NCBI GenBank assembly: GCA_907165135.1
Contig: OU015566.1
Location: forward strand, 7,006,001 to 7,070,000
Length of the DNA stretch: 64,000 nucleotides
Reading direction: 5' to 3'
Source of the DNA: Oikopleura dioica
Lineage: Eukaryota > Animalia > Chordata
The notes under the pieces are model-generated. The model searched no databases. It was not told the DNA's origin and saw only the letters and a list, made by a program, of their open reading frames with translations. Within the stretch, counting starts at the first letter, position 1, and each line of letters begins with the position of its first letter. Below, in pieces: positions 1-9,232 of this stretch. The position numbers and the translations under genes are program-made.

Positions 1-15
1 ATCATCGAAATTTAC

Positions 16-985
16 CTCGCAAAGATGCAGAAGATCCTTAATTTCCGGCGGATCGTAGAGGAGTTTCTTAGAAGCAAGCAAAAAGCACGTGATTCCAAGC
101 AATTGGAAGTCGGATCTGGCCACTGGCTCCTTGCTCAGAACTGTATCGACCAATGCGATGCACAGATACATCACTTCTTTGTGCATGCACTGAAAAAAAT
201 TTCCAGAACAGACTTTGATCAGCCAGTCGACGAGTTTGTATCGGTCTTGGTCGGTGATTTCCATCTGGATTTGGAGGATATTCGGCCTGAAAACTGTTAC
301 AGAAAATTCCATGATGAATGAAGTCTTACCTGTGAGTCTCCTTCTCATGCTGGAGAAGATTCATGTAGTATTCTTTGGCCGAATATTCATTGGACCATGA
401 TTTTGCGCACTTTATACTTTCTTGGTTCACTAAAAATCGGATGAGAGGTCTAATGTGTGAATTAACTTACCGATTTCTTGAATAGATCTAATGGAAGGGC
501 CAAAAACTGGAAGATGGTTTTGCGGAAAGACAGGATAAGGGGAATAAAGCGGGAATGCGTAGGAAGCTTGTGTAGGTAACGGTTGAAAGTTGCGGAAATG
601 CTCGCCGGGCGGTAGTAAAGCGGGCTGAATAGGTGCTGCAGCTGGCGCCTGAGCTTGATTGAAAACGGCGCCCGACTCGGTGAAATGCACGTGCGTCGGT
701 AAAGGCGCTGGGGGAGCCTAAACAGTGGCCGTTGCGATTTCAGGGATGAAGATCTTGATAACTAGGCGGTTTACGTACCGAAAATGAGGTATCTTCATCG
801 ATAAAGCCCGACTCGTCTAACCGCGAATCTCGTCGATACGAGCTTTTTCTTCCATTGATATCTGAAAAAAGTCTGCTAGTCAACCGGTATTAAAATTCTT
901 TGTTAAATGACTATAGGTTGTCTTTTTTCTCAAACTTACCTTTATCAAATGAAAAATCATCACTAAGAAACTCACTGGCAACCAT
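16..985 (-). CDS. CCNO: Cyclin, cyclin O-like (multi-exon; 3' part runs off the window start)
   Basis: Hand-spliced GT-AG exons give MVASEFLSDDF...Pro-rich region...EYSAKEYYMNLLQHEKETHRPNILQIQMEITDQDRYKLVDWLIKVCSGNFFQCMHKEVMYLCIALVDTVLSKEPVARSDFQLLGITCFLLASKKLLYDPPEIKDLLHLCE. This is a cyclin N-terminal box. The PVA..DFQLLG.T..L.A.K....PP..K.LL.LC stretch best matches cyclin O as I recall it. Confidence 0.7.
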
Positions 986-2140
986 GAAAAATTCTTTGAG
1001 AAAACATGCTTAGCAAATTCTTCTTTCAAAAATATATACTAGAAAATCCCAAAAGAACGCATTTGAAATCAGGTAACCTATTAAAAATTTATGATGTGGT
1101 CATATTTTCAAATAAAAATAAATGATTCCAAGATGAAGATCAGTCTTTAGGACGAGAATAATGCTCAAAAACATAAAAACAGTGCCTATCAGAATGGAAA
1201 AATCTCTGGTCGATGGAGATTTGAGTGCTTATTTAGGACTTTTCCTCCTTGATTCCACGAAAGTTTCAACACTTCCTTAGAATGGAAGCCAGTTCTTGTG
1301 AAATGAAAATATCTAGGAACGCTCAAACTCACTGGATCTTTGACTGAAAGACCTTGTATTCTACAAACCTCTGAGATTGTAGCGATGGCCGGAAATACTC
1401 TCATTCTGCTTTGCTGTTTCAGAATCGTCAAAGGCGTTTGTCAAAAGCCCTCGCGACTTGGAAAAACTATTTGGTATGTTGACTGGCTGGGACATAAAAA
1501 ATAATGACTGGGAGAAATATTTTTTGCCAGCGCGAATTTATCGAAAATTTGAAAAACAAAATGCTCAATCGTGCCCTCTCTAAAACGATGCATACAATCT
1601 CAGAGAGGCACGAAAGAGCAGATAACGAGGTCACAGCAGGTTCGACCTCGTGGTCGAAAAATATTTTCAAGCTGATTGAAGGGACTTTTGAGCTTCAAGT
1701 GGGCGGGGAAATTTAGATATGTTTTATTTTGTTTACAGTGAAAACTTAATTTATTTGCCTATTGTAAAAATCAAGCCGACTTGAAGTGAAAAGAAGCCGT
1801 TTTAATTTCACTTCTAGATGTATCATCAAAATACTTCACTTCAAGATTCATATTTTTCATGAGTTTATGTGCCAGACTGGTTTAGTTATCAAATCTGTGT
1901 GAACGAGTCTTTCAAAAAAGATATAATGCTTTTTGCATTTTTATTTTTTTCAGAGTGAATAGAGAATGAATCATCAATGGGGTTGCGCCAGTGGGAAAAT
2001 CGACTTTTTTTGCACTTGACCTGGAGGGATGAAATTTTGTGGACATATTTCTGAGGTCCTAATCAAGAAAAAAATCAAAAAAAAAATTCGAAAAATTAAG
2101 GGTATAGGGGTCATACTATGGTAGGCGCTCCAGAGCACAA

Positions 2141-3550
2141 GTCTCGAAAGAGACAATACAAAGATATCAGAAGGAGGACCCTGCTTTGTCGGGATTAATC
2201 CTTGCTGCCGAGAGAACAAATGGCCACGTTCTTGATAAAGGCAGTCGATATCGTCTGAAAGAGGACCTGCTGGTCCAGATAACAAAAGCTGGAAAGGAGC
2301 TCGTGGTGATACCGAAATCGCTGGGTCGGGACATCGTCCGTTACCTACACGTCGTTTCGGCTCACAGTGGAAGAAATGAAATGTTATCAGTATTAGATAG
2401 AGAGGACATTCTTATCAAGGGACGAGAGAGACTCGTCCGGGAAACAACACGCGAATGTTTGCTCTGTCACTTGACATCAAATCGATACAGATCCAGCGAA
2501 ATGAAGATGGTGATGAAACCGAACCTAAGTGGACCGTACCGGAAAGTATTTATTGATCTAGTTACGTTCCAAATTGAAACGCAAAATCGCGAACACGCTG
2601 TCAATTGTCTCACGATGGTTGACGATTTCTCATGCCGCCTTACTTATCGCTTTGTTCGAAATAAAACTGCTGCTGTCATATCAAAACGCCTACTTGAACT
2701 CACCTGCGAAGTCGGTGGACTTGGCCAGATGGAAGTCTTTAGCGACAATGGACTTGAATTCGTCGCCTCCAAGACTCAAGATCTTCTAGAATACCTTCAA
2801 ATGCACGCCGGACAGATCTCACCAACAAACGCTAGAGCCAATAAAGTCGAGCGCTGCCATAAATCTATTCGCGATAATCTACGAGCCATCGCCCTTACGG
2901 AATCAAACGCTCAGCACAAACTCGATCTTGCTGTTTCAACATATAATCATCAGGTGAAGTCAAGCCTCGACATGATGACTCCCATGGAAGTTCTTGGTAT
3001 TAAACCTCCAAGATACTTTTCTGCTTATCTCCAACACCGCCAAAACGAACCAAAATGCGATTCTATTCGAGAATTCACTCAAAATATCAATATTCTCTTC
3101 AAAAATCTATCTGCATTCAAGCTCAACCGATATCTCTTCAAATCGGAAGACTCAGCACCGCTACTTTCGGAAGGCGATATTGTTGTCTTGAAAGAAAACA
3201 GCCTCAGAAAACATGATCCTGGTCTTTCTGGACCATATGTGATCACGAACACACGTTCAAACAATTGCCACGATATCGAAAATCTATTCACCAGCCAGAA
3301 GCTGATGCGAAATGGCCGTTTTCTGAGAAAGGTTCATCTCAGCGAGGAAGATAAGAAAAATCTGACGTCAAAGAATTTGTTCATCAGAAAATCCGGACAT
3401 ATTCTCTTCGACGATAACGAAATCGATCTCGCGAAAAGTTCACTTGAGCAAGAACCCGAATTTCTTCTTCAACCCCAGGAAAGTAAAACTAAACCAAAAC
3501 CCAAATCCGATTCCAAAGTAGAAAGCTCTTACAATCTGCGCAAAAGATGA
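2141..3550 (+). CDS. pol: Pol C-terminal part: gypsy-type integrase
   Basis: Frame is open from the 2139 junction (ETIQRYQKEDPAL linker motif). HHCC finger LHVVSAHSG...ECLLC; D-D-E core FIDLV / FSDNG / KVERCH; GPY motif GPYVIT; no internal stops. Confidence 0.93.
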   Translation, partial: VSKETIQRYQKEDPALSGLILAAERTNGHVLDKGSRYRLKEDLLVQITKAGKELVVIPKSLGRDIVRYLHVVSAHSGRNEMLSVLDREDILIKGRERLVRETTRECLLCHLTSNRYRSSEMKMVMKPNLSGPYRKVFIDLVTFQIETQNREHAVNCLTMVDDFSCRLTYRFVRNKTAAVISKRLLELTCEVGGLGQMEVFSDNGLEFVASKTQDLLEYLQMHAGQISPTNARANKVERCHKSIRDNLRAIALTESNAQHKLDLAVSTYNHQVKSSLDMMTPMEVLGIKPPRYFSAYLQHRQNEPKCDSIREFTQNINILFKNLSAFKLNRYLFKSEDSAPLLSEGDIVVLKENSLRKHDPGLSGPYVITNTRSNNCHDIENLFTSQKLMRNGRFLRKVHLSEEDKKNLTSKNLFIRKSGHILFDDNEIDLAKSSLEQEPEFLLQPQESKTKPKPKSDSKVESSYNLRKR

Positions 3551-5253
3551 TCATTTTCTTCATCTTTCAACTAGCTCTAGCCAAACGATTTTTTATGATC
3601 GACTCCGGAAAGGCAGCATTCCTTGTCAAGTCCAAAATCGATAAAAACCTGCAACTGTCTTTGGACATCCCCGCCTTCAACTGGACCTATATCGATAATC
3701 CCTGCTTCAACAATCACTCAACTAAAGCTTATGCTCGCAACGGCACGCACCAGCTCTTCAATGAAATCGAAAATTGGATCAACGAAAATTTCAAAGAACA
3801 AGAATCCCATCGTCATCGCCGATTTATCGGTGACCCATTCCGTATCAACTTCTCATGGCCGTCACGCAAATCTCAAACTAAGGCCGCACTTGAAATTCTC
3901 AACAAGAAATCAACAACAAACGCGAAAGAAACTGTCGACCTGGTCAACATTGTCAACAAGGACTTGCTGGAGATTCAATCAGAAGTTATCAACGACGAAA
4001 CGAACTTTGAAAATTTTGTTGCTCAACTTTGCGATTTTGACGCAAAAATCTCTGCCTTGGTTATGAAACTTATCAACTCACTTCTGTTCGATGAATTTAA
4101 ATCAACAATCACTGGAATTTCCCACGTCGTCATCAAATCTGACTTGCAAAATCTTCTCTCAAGCCTTTGCTCGTTCGATTACGATGAACTTTACACAAAT
4201 TGCGCAAATATCATCAGTTCCTACCCGCTCCGCATAAAGAACATAAACTCTGAAATCTACGAAGACAAGATGATACTACAAATCAACGCCACAGCTAAAA
4301 TTCCGTCATTTGAAAAACTAGGAAATGCCACTCACATTCTGGAAGGACCGAAACCAATCAGCATTCAAGAAGACACCTTCATCTACGAAAAACTCATCCT
4401 TCCGCACACAATTGCGATTTCAAGCTCAACTTCAACTTCACTCGATCTCTGCGAGGACATTCACGACGCTTATATCTGCTCGTATGGACAAGTCAACAAT
4501 TTCAAACTCAACAAATGTGCTACTGATTTGGCAAACAACAATTCAACAAAGAACTGCGAAACAACTCTCATCAAAAGCGACAAGGATTGCCTATTCTCTC
4601 AGTTTCAACGTTACATCATGATAAGTCATTTTAATCAAATAGGTATTTCTTATTTTGACCGACGACACAAAAAACATTTCACCAACTTTACACATTCTGA
4701 TGGAAACTTCGTCTACCAGCTGACTAATAAACCAACGACACTTCACTGCACAAACGACATCTTCTACGCTCATTATGAAGAGACGCTAAATCACGTTCAA
4801 CTTCACACAACAAACACACTCGACCATTTTGACCTCATCAGTCAAGATGATTACCGCAACTCTCAAAATGTCCTCCAACACAAACGCGCAAATATCTCGA
4901 CAGCGGAATACAATGACATCGCGAACAAACTCACGGAGAATGAAACCTTTGGAAACAAAATCATCTCACACTACAAAACAAACTGGATATCGACTTTAAT
5001 GACGACCCTTCACACAATTGCTTCGATCATCATACTCCTGATAATTTTCAGAATCACAATCGCCTTTGCTCCACTACTTCGACAATTTTTAAATTTCATC
5101 TCATCAACAATAGCCTACGGATTGTCACGCCTTCTTCCCAAACTTCTCTTACTTCGCAAAGCTCAAACCGACGATAAAATCAACATGGACGATGCTTCAA
5201 GCCCGCCAACTCCTGAGAACCTCAAGGATCTCCCATTCTCGACTAACGCTTGA
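3547..5253 (+). CDS. env: Envelope-like glycoprotein of the retrotransposon (568 aa)
   Basis: ATG overlaps the pol stop (ATGA). Hydrophobic signal peptide MIIFFIFQLALA, furin-like site RHRR|FIG, Cys-rich ectodomain with NxS/T sequons, C-terminal TM segment (IASIIILLIIFRITIAFAPLL) and short tail. Confidence 0.88.
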   Translation: MIIFFIFQLALAKRFFMIDSGKAAFLVKSKIDKNLQLSLDIPAFNWTYIDNPCFNNHSTKAYARNGTHQLFNEIENWINENFKEQESHRHRRFIGDPFRINFSWPSRKSQTKAALEILNKKSTTNAKETVDLVNIVNKDLLEIQSEVINDETNFENFVAQLCDFDAKISALVMKLINSLLFDEFKSTITGISHVVIKSDLQNLLSSLCSFDYDELYTNCANIISSYPLRIKNINSEIYEDKMILQINATAKIPSFEKLGNATHILEGPKPISIQEDTFIYEKLILPHTIAISSSTSTSLDLCEDIHDAYICSYGQVNNFKLNKCATDLANNNSTKNCETTLIKSDKDCLFSQFQRYIMISHFNQIGISYFDRRHKKHFTNFTHSDGNFVYQLTNKPTTLHCTNDIFYAHYEETLNHVQLHTTNTLDHFDLISQDDYRNSQNVLQHKRANISTAEYNDIANKLTENETFGNKIISHYKTNWISTLMTTLHTIASIIILLIIFRITIAFAPLLRQFLNFISSTIAYGLSRLLPKLLLLRKAQTDDKINMDDASSPPTPENLKDLPFSTNA

Positions 5254-5564
5254 GTCGACTTTGCTCTCATCAACAATTCAAAATCCAAAAACAAAACAAA
5301 AAAAAATTCTCAAAATTCAACAAAAAATTCAAAAGAAAAATATTCAAAAGAAAGAAAAGACAAAAAAATACTCAAAACAAATGAAAATCAAAAAAATATT
5401 AACTAACTCCCTTTCTGTACCATAATGAACAATTCGCACTTTCTTTACTGTTCACTTCCAAACAAACTCTTTACTGCACTAACACGAGTTCACGATTCAT
5501 TTATTCCATCAAACCCGATAAACACTGAAACAGTTAGGACAAGTCTCAAGCTCCGCTGGGAAGG

Positions 5565-5879
5565 TGGAGAAGCATTCGTTGCACAAAGCCGAAGCGAGAC
5601 TCGACACGTTCAACCGGACTTGCTGTGCCGACTCCTGGACTCGATCTGATTCACATACAAACCGACCGTCTATTTACAAGATAAGATAATTTCGACACAC
5701 TTATTACCTGATCGTAGTCTCACCCGTATTGTCTCATTTGAACCTCTCTCTCGCATCCTCCTCATGATATCTCCCAACTTATCGAGCAAGATTCTCAAAT
5801 TCTCGAACATTCTCTGAACTAAAAGCAAAAGTTAGACGTTATTTGTAAGCACTTGGGCCGATAACTCACTTATGCTACA
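5565..5879 (+). repeat. 3' LTR of the Tor-like element (about 315 bp)
   Basis: Starts TGGAG right after the PPT and ends CTACA, followed by an abrupt switch to AT-rich DNA. No 5' LTR survives for comparison. Confidence 0.6.
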
Positions 5880-6134
5880 TTAAATAATAACATAATGAAT
5901 ATGAAAATTTTTAAAATGAAAATACTACATCTATGCAAAATTTAGAATCCCTCCGAATTTCTTATATCCTATAAAATGAATAAACAAAATTTCGATGATT
6001 ACCTAGACAAGCCCCGTCAGTAGGACTTGATTATGATTAAAAATGATTTTATTTGAAATAAAAATTCAAAAATTAAAAATGACTCTTGATTTAAAAAATC
6101 AACGATAGGTATCAGAAATCAGGATATATATAAT

Positions 6135-7346
6135 TTATTTACAGGTGCGTAGAGAACATTCACTAGAAATCAGAGTTCGAGCATTTGCATCATGCTCATC
6201 AAATAAGCGCGTACCAAAGTCAGTTAGGGCCTCATGTCGCATCTCAGTAAATTTCAGATTAGTAAGTTCAGTGAAGCCAGCGGGAAGGGATTCGTTATTA
6301 GTATACATATTCACATAATATTCGAATGTAAAATAATCTATGAGCTTGCAGCATTTAGGAAAACCCATATACCCTTCCATTAGATAATCATCGACAAATT
6401 GACCTCTAGTCTTACAGCTAAGGTCGAGGCCGGAGTCTTTGAGAATCCTGAGAACCTCCCCACGGTCAAGCAAGAGAAGTGGTAACTGATACTGTAAATG
6501 TTTGATTTTTTCGTAAAAGATAGGGTCATCAAAAAGTACATTCGCATAGGACCTAATAAAAGTTTTAATTCGCCCTCCGTATTTCGAAAAAGTTCTATCA
6601 GAACAGGTCTCCCAGACATAACATATTCGCCTTCGTTTGTTAATAAAACTCTCGGAATTTTGCCGGGCGCCACCGCTTTAGAGAAATTTTCATGAATAAT
6701 TCAATTCAAATTTATAGTATAAAACGTTCAAAATTTTCAGAAAATAAGGCTTAATAATACATTCTTATTTATTTAGATATAAATTATACTACTATTTCAA
6801 TATTAATTCCTTCCTAAAACTTCATATTCTTGTCGGTCGGGATCCGCTCGTTCTTGATATCGATTTTCGAGGGACTTGCCTTGAGCAGTTCGAACCAGCT
6901 ACAATTAAAAAATAGAATCTATAGTTTTAGTATGATCAGAAACTCTAGACAATATGTGTCTTGTGCGTTCGCACCAAGAGCTCTTCTCATGATCATCCGT
7001 CCGGCAGGCAGGATGCTAGGCAATCAGGCCGTTTTTAGTATTTAATTATGTTAGTTTTTTTGTTAATACCGTTCTTTGTTTAAATTCCTCGATTTCCATT
7101 CGCCTTTAAAAATAATTATTTATTCATTTTACAGTCATTTTTACATAGGGACGATGTCGTGACTTTCTCCCAAGGGCCCCGCTTCACTCGCGACGAGAGT
7201 TGATACAGTGCTAGAATTAAATTTAGAAAATAGGCTTCAATCATTAACAAAATTGAATTTAGAAATAACTGACCATATATTTATAAATAAGATAATAATT
7301 TTTACCTTTCCGCATAGTTTATTTTGATCCTCTTACGAAGATTCAT
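6135..7346 (-). CDS. Five-exon orphan gene, 265 aa, inside the LTR-like element
   Basis: Exons 7346-7306, 7210-7145, 7015-6944, 6898-6821 and 6675-6135. All four introns are GT-AG and phase 2, and splicing gives one uninterrupted ORF (MNLRKRIKINYAESTVSTLV...ICYVWETCSDRTF...GFPKCCKLIDYFTFEYY...RTCK*). The last exon alone is a 180-codon open frame. Confidence 0.75.
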
Positions 7347-7915
7347 TTTGTTATCCCTCTTAAATAAATTCTCTTTAAGTAAATACATTAATCTCTAATA
7401 AATTATAATTACAGAATAAAAAATTTATTCCAAAACAGTTTAAAACTGCCCTCTCTCTTTCTCTCTCTCTCTCTCTTTCCGCGCGTATTCCTTATCAGCC
7501 GGCGCGGCGTTCTCACCAACTACTGCAGACCCCCGATTCTTATTTTCCCACGACCCCCCATTCTCTCCACGCGCGCGCGGGCTTATCACTTTTCACCTCC
7601 AAATTCTCTCCTTTCGGCGCGCGCTCTCGTCTCCGCCGTTTTCCTCCTTTTTTGCTCCCTTATCAGTATATTTTCATTTTCATTTTTTTCATTTTCCATT
7701 TTCAATTTTCTCGCTCGTTCAAATTTCAAAGTACTGAAATTTCGACACGAAACACTAGTAGCACCTAAGTACACTGTTCCAAATTTATTATTCCTTGAAA
7801 ATCTTTATTCTTATTATTATATACAGAAGAAAGAAGAAACTGTTCATTTACTTTATTTTACTCTCACTCTTCCTTGATTTCAACTGCAAATAAAATTTTC
7901 TGAACAAGGGGGGAG

Positions 7916-8036
7916 TACTATGGTAGGCGCTCCAGAGCACGAGAGCGCGTCCTCAAAAAGGGACGTCTCTCGGGCCCAGGGCGCAGTCAGCCCGCACTCT
8001 CCCCGACAGTCAGACAGCCCGTCCGAGCCAGTTGTA
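7916..8036 (+). repeat. Putative 121-bp 3' terminal repeat (LTR) of the inner element
   Basis: Lies between the PPT (7906-7915) and the GGTCA duplication (8037-8041). GC-rich; its first 25 bp are identical to 2114-2138. Confidence 0.55.
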
Positions 8037-8308
8037 GGTCAAAAAATCGATTTTTTTATTTTTGCCAAATTAAGCCTGATTAAACCTAGACGATCATTTA
8101 AAAAGCTCAAAAATGTTTTTTTCGAGCCGAAAAAAGTCAAGGGAAGATAAAAAATCCGCAAAAAAAAAGAAATTTAAATTTTAAAGAATTTCAATAAGAA
8201 CCATAATTAGGCGAAGAGCTCGAATAATTTGTATTTTCACCCCGTATGGGTGTGGGTGGGGTTGGGGAAATAACTGAGATTGATCACCTCAGAGTTCAAC
8301 GCCGATCT

Positions 8309-8800
8309 CAAGCCCCTTAAATTTAATAATCAAGGAACGGGGCTGAGACGGCCCGAAGGGCCGTCAAGCCCCTTAAATTTAATAATCAAGGAACGGGGCT
8401 GAGACGGCCCGAAGGGCCGTCAAGCCCCTTAAATTTAATAATCAAGGAACGGGGCTGAGACGGCCCGAAGGGCCGTCAAGCCCTTAAATTTAATAATCAA
8501 GGAACGGGGCTGAGACGGCCCGAAGGGCCGTCAAGCCCCTTAAATTTAATAATCAAGGAACGAGGCTGAGACGGCCCGAAGGGCCGTCAAGCCCTTAAAT
8601 TTAATAATCAAGGAACGGGGCTGAGACGGCCCGAAGGGCCGTCAAGCCCCTTAAATTTAATAATCAAGGAACGGGGCTGAGACGGCCCGAAGGGCCGTCA
8701 AGCCCCTTAAATTTAATAATCAAGGAACGGGGCTGAGACGGCCCGAAGGGCCGTCAAGCCCCTTAAATTTAATAATCAAGGAACGGGGCTGAGACGGCCT
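8309..8800. repeat. Tandem array of 55-56-bp units, each with a GAA-triloop hairpin (8 full copies plus 1 partial)
   Basis: Unit CCCCTTAAATTTAATAATCAAGGAACGGGGCTGAGACGGCCCGAAGGGCCGTCAAG, nearly invariant. GACGGCCC-GAA-GGGCCGTC forms a perfect 8-bp stem. Confidence 0.97.
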
Positions 8801-9232
8801 GGGTCTGACCTGAGTCAGGTTATTGGGTCAACGTGAAATAAAAGTAATTAATTTTAATTATTTATCGAGAATTTTCGAAAAAATCGCTAAATCGGAAATT
8901 TTCGTTGCATTGCTATTTTTTCAAGCGCACACGAGCGCATAGATATTGTGCCTGATTATTGTAGCTTAGGGTCTAAACTTACAAAAAAAATATGAATTAC
9001 GCCTCAGGCACCTTCACCCGGGGGTCAAAATCGCTAAAATGTGCCAAAAAAGCGGATTTTTTTCGAAAAAAATGCGAATTACCAAAAAAAAAATCGAAAA
9101 TTTTTATTTTTTCATTTTTATCGTAAAGCCCTTTAATTTTTATATATTGTCACGTGGTTTGAGCCTGATCTATAAACAGGCTATTTCTGGCCAATTTTCC
9201 ACTAGCGCAACCCCATTCATCAATCATATAAG

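Larger units (their letters stand above)
2139..5879 (+). mobile_element. Ty3/gypsy (Tor-like) env-containing LTR retrotransposon, 5'-truncated (gag, PR, RT, RH missing)
   Basis: Integrase ORF, overlapping env ORF, A-rich 3' region (about 5275-5400), PPT GGGAAGG (5558-5564), then a TG...CA-bounded LTR. Confidence 0.9.
2114..8036 (+). mobile_element. LTR-like element with short terminal repeats, internally rearranged
   Basis: Identical 25-bp direct repeat TACTATGGTAGGCGCTCCAGAGCAC at 2114-2138 and 7916-7940. A polypurine tract AAGGGGGGAG lies just before the second copy. GGTCA flanks both outer ends (2109-2113 / 8037-8041). Termini are TAC...GTA. Confidence 0.6.
1977..9216. mobile_element. Non-autonomous TIR DNA transposon (outer layer of a nested insertion)
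   Basis: Left ATGGGGTTGCGCCAGTGGGAAAAT (from 1977) is the near-perfect reverse complement of right ATTTTCCACTAGCGCAACCCCAT (ending 9216). It is flanked by a perfect TCATCA duplication (1971-1976 / 9217-9222). Alternative reading: GGGG-start TIRs with a 10-bp TSD, AATCATCAAT/ATTCATCAAT. Confidence 0.85.

Noticed and set aside
25-400. Plus-strand ORFs 25-321 and 215-400
   Set aside because: Antisense shadows of the cyclin exons.
1189-1716. Short ORFs between the cyclin gene and the transposon
   Set aside because: No recognisable motif and no consistent splice model on either strand.
2114-2138. Transib-like TIR (CACTATG-like start, 5-bp TSD) or a tRNA primer-binding site
   Set aside because: The second copy is a direct, not inverted, repeat, and I could not match TGGTAGGCGCTCCAGAG to a tRNA 3' end.
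6135-7346. Transposase or recombinase of the surrounding elements
   Set aside because: No DDE/D triad, RHRY tetrad or HUH motif is recognisable in 265 aa.
8309-8800. CRISPR array
   Set aside because: Palindromic repeats, but no unique spacers (units abut and are identical), no cas genes, and the context is eukaryotic.
1977-9216. Maverick/Polinton (6-bp TSD plus integrase)
   Set aside because: TIRs are only about 25 bp; there is no pPolB, ATPase or capsid; the integrase is gypsy-type and belongs to the nested retrotransposon.
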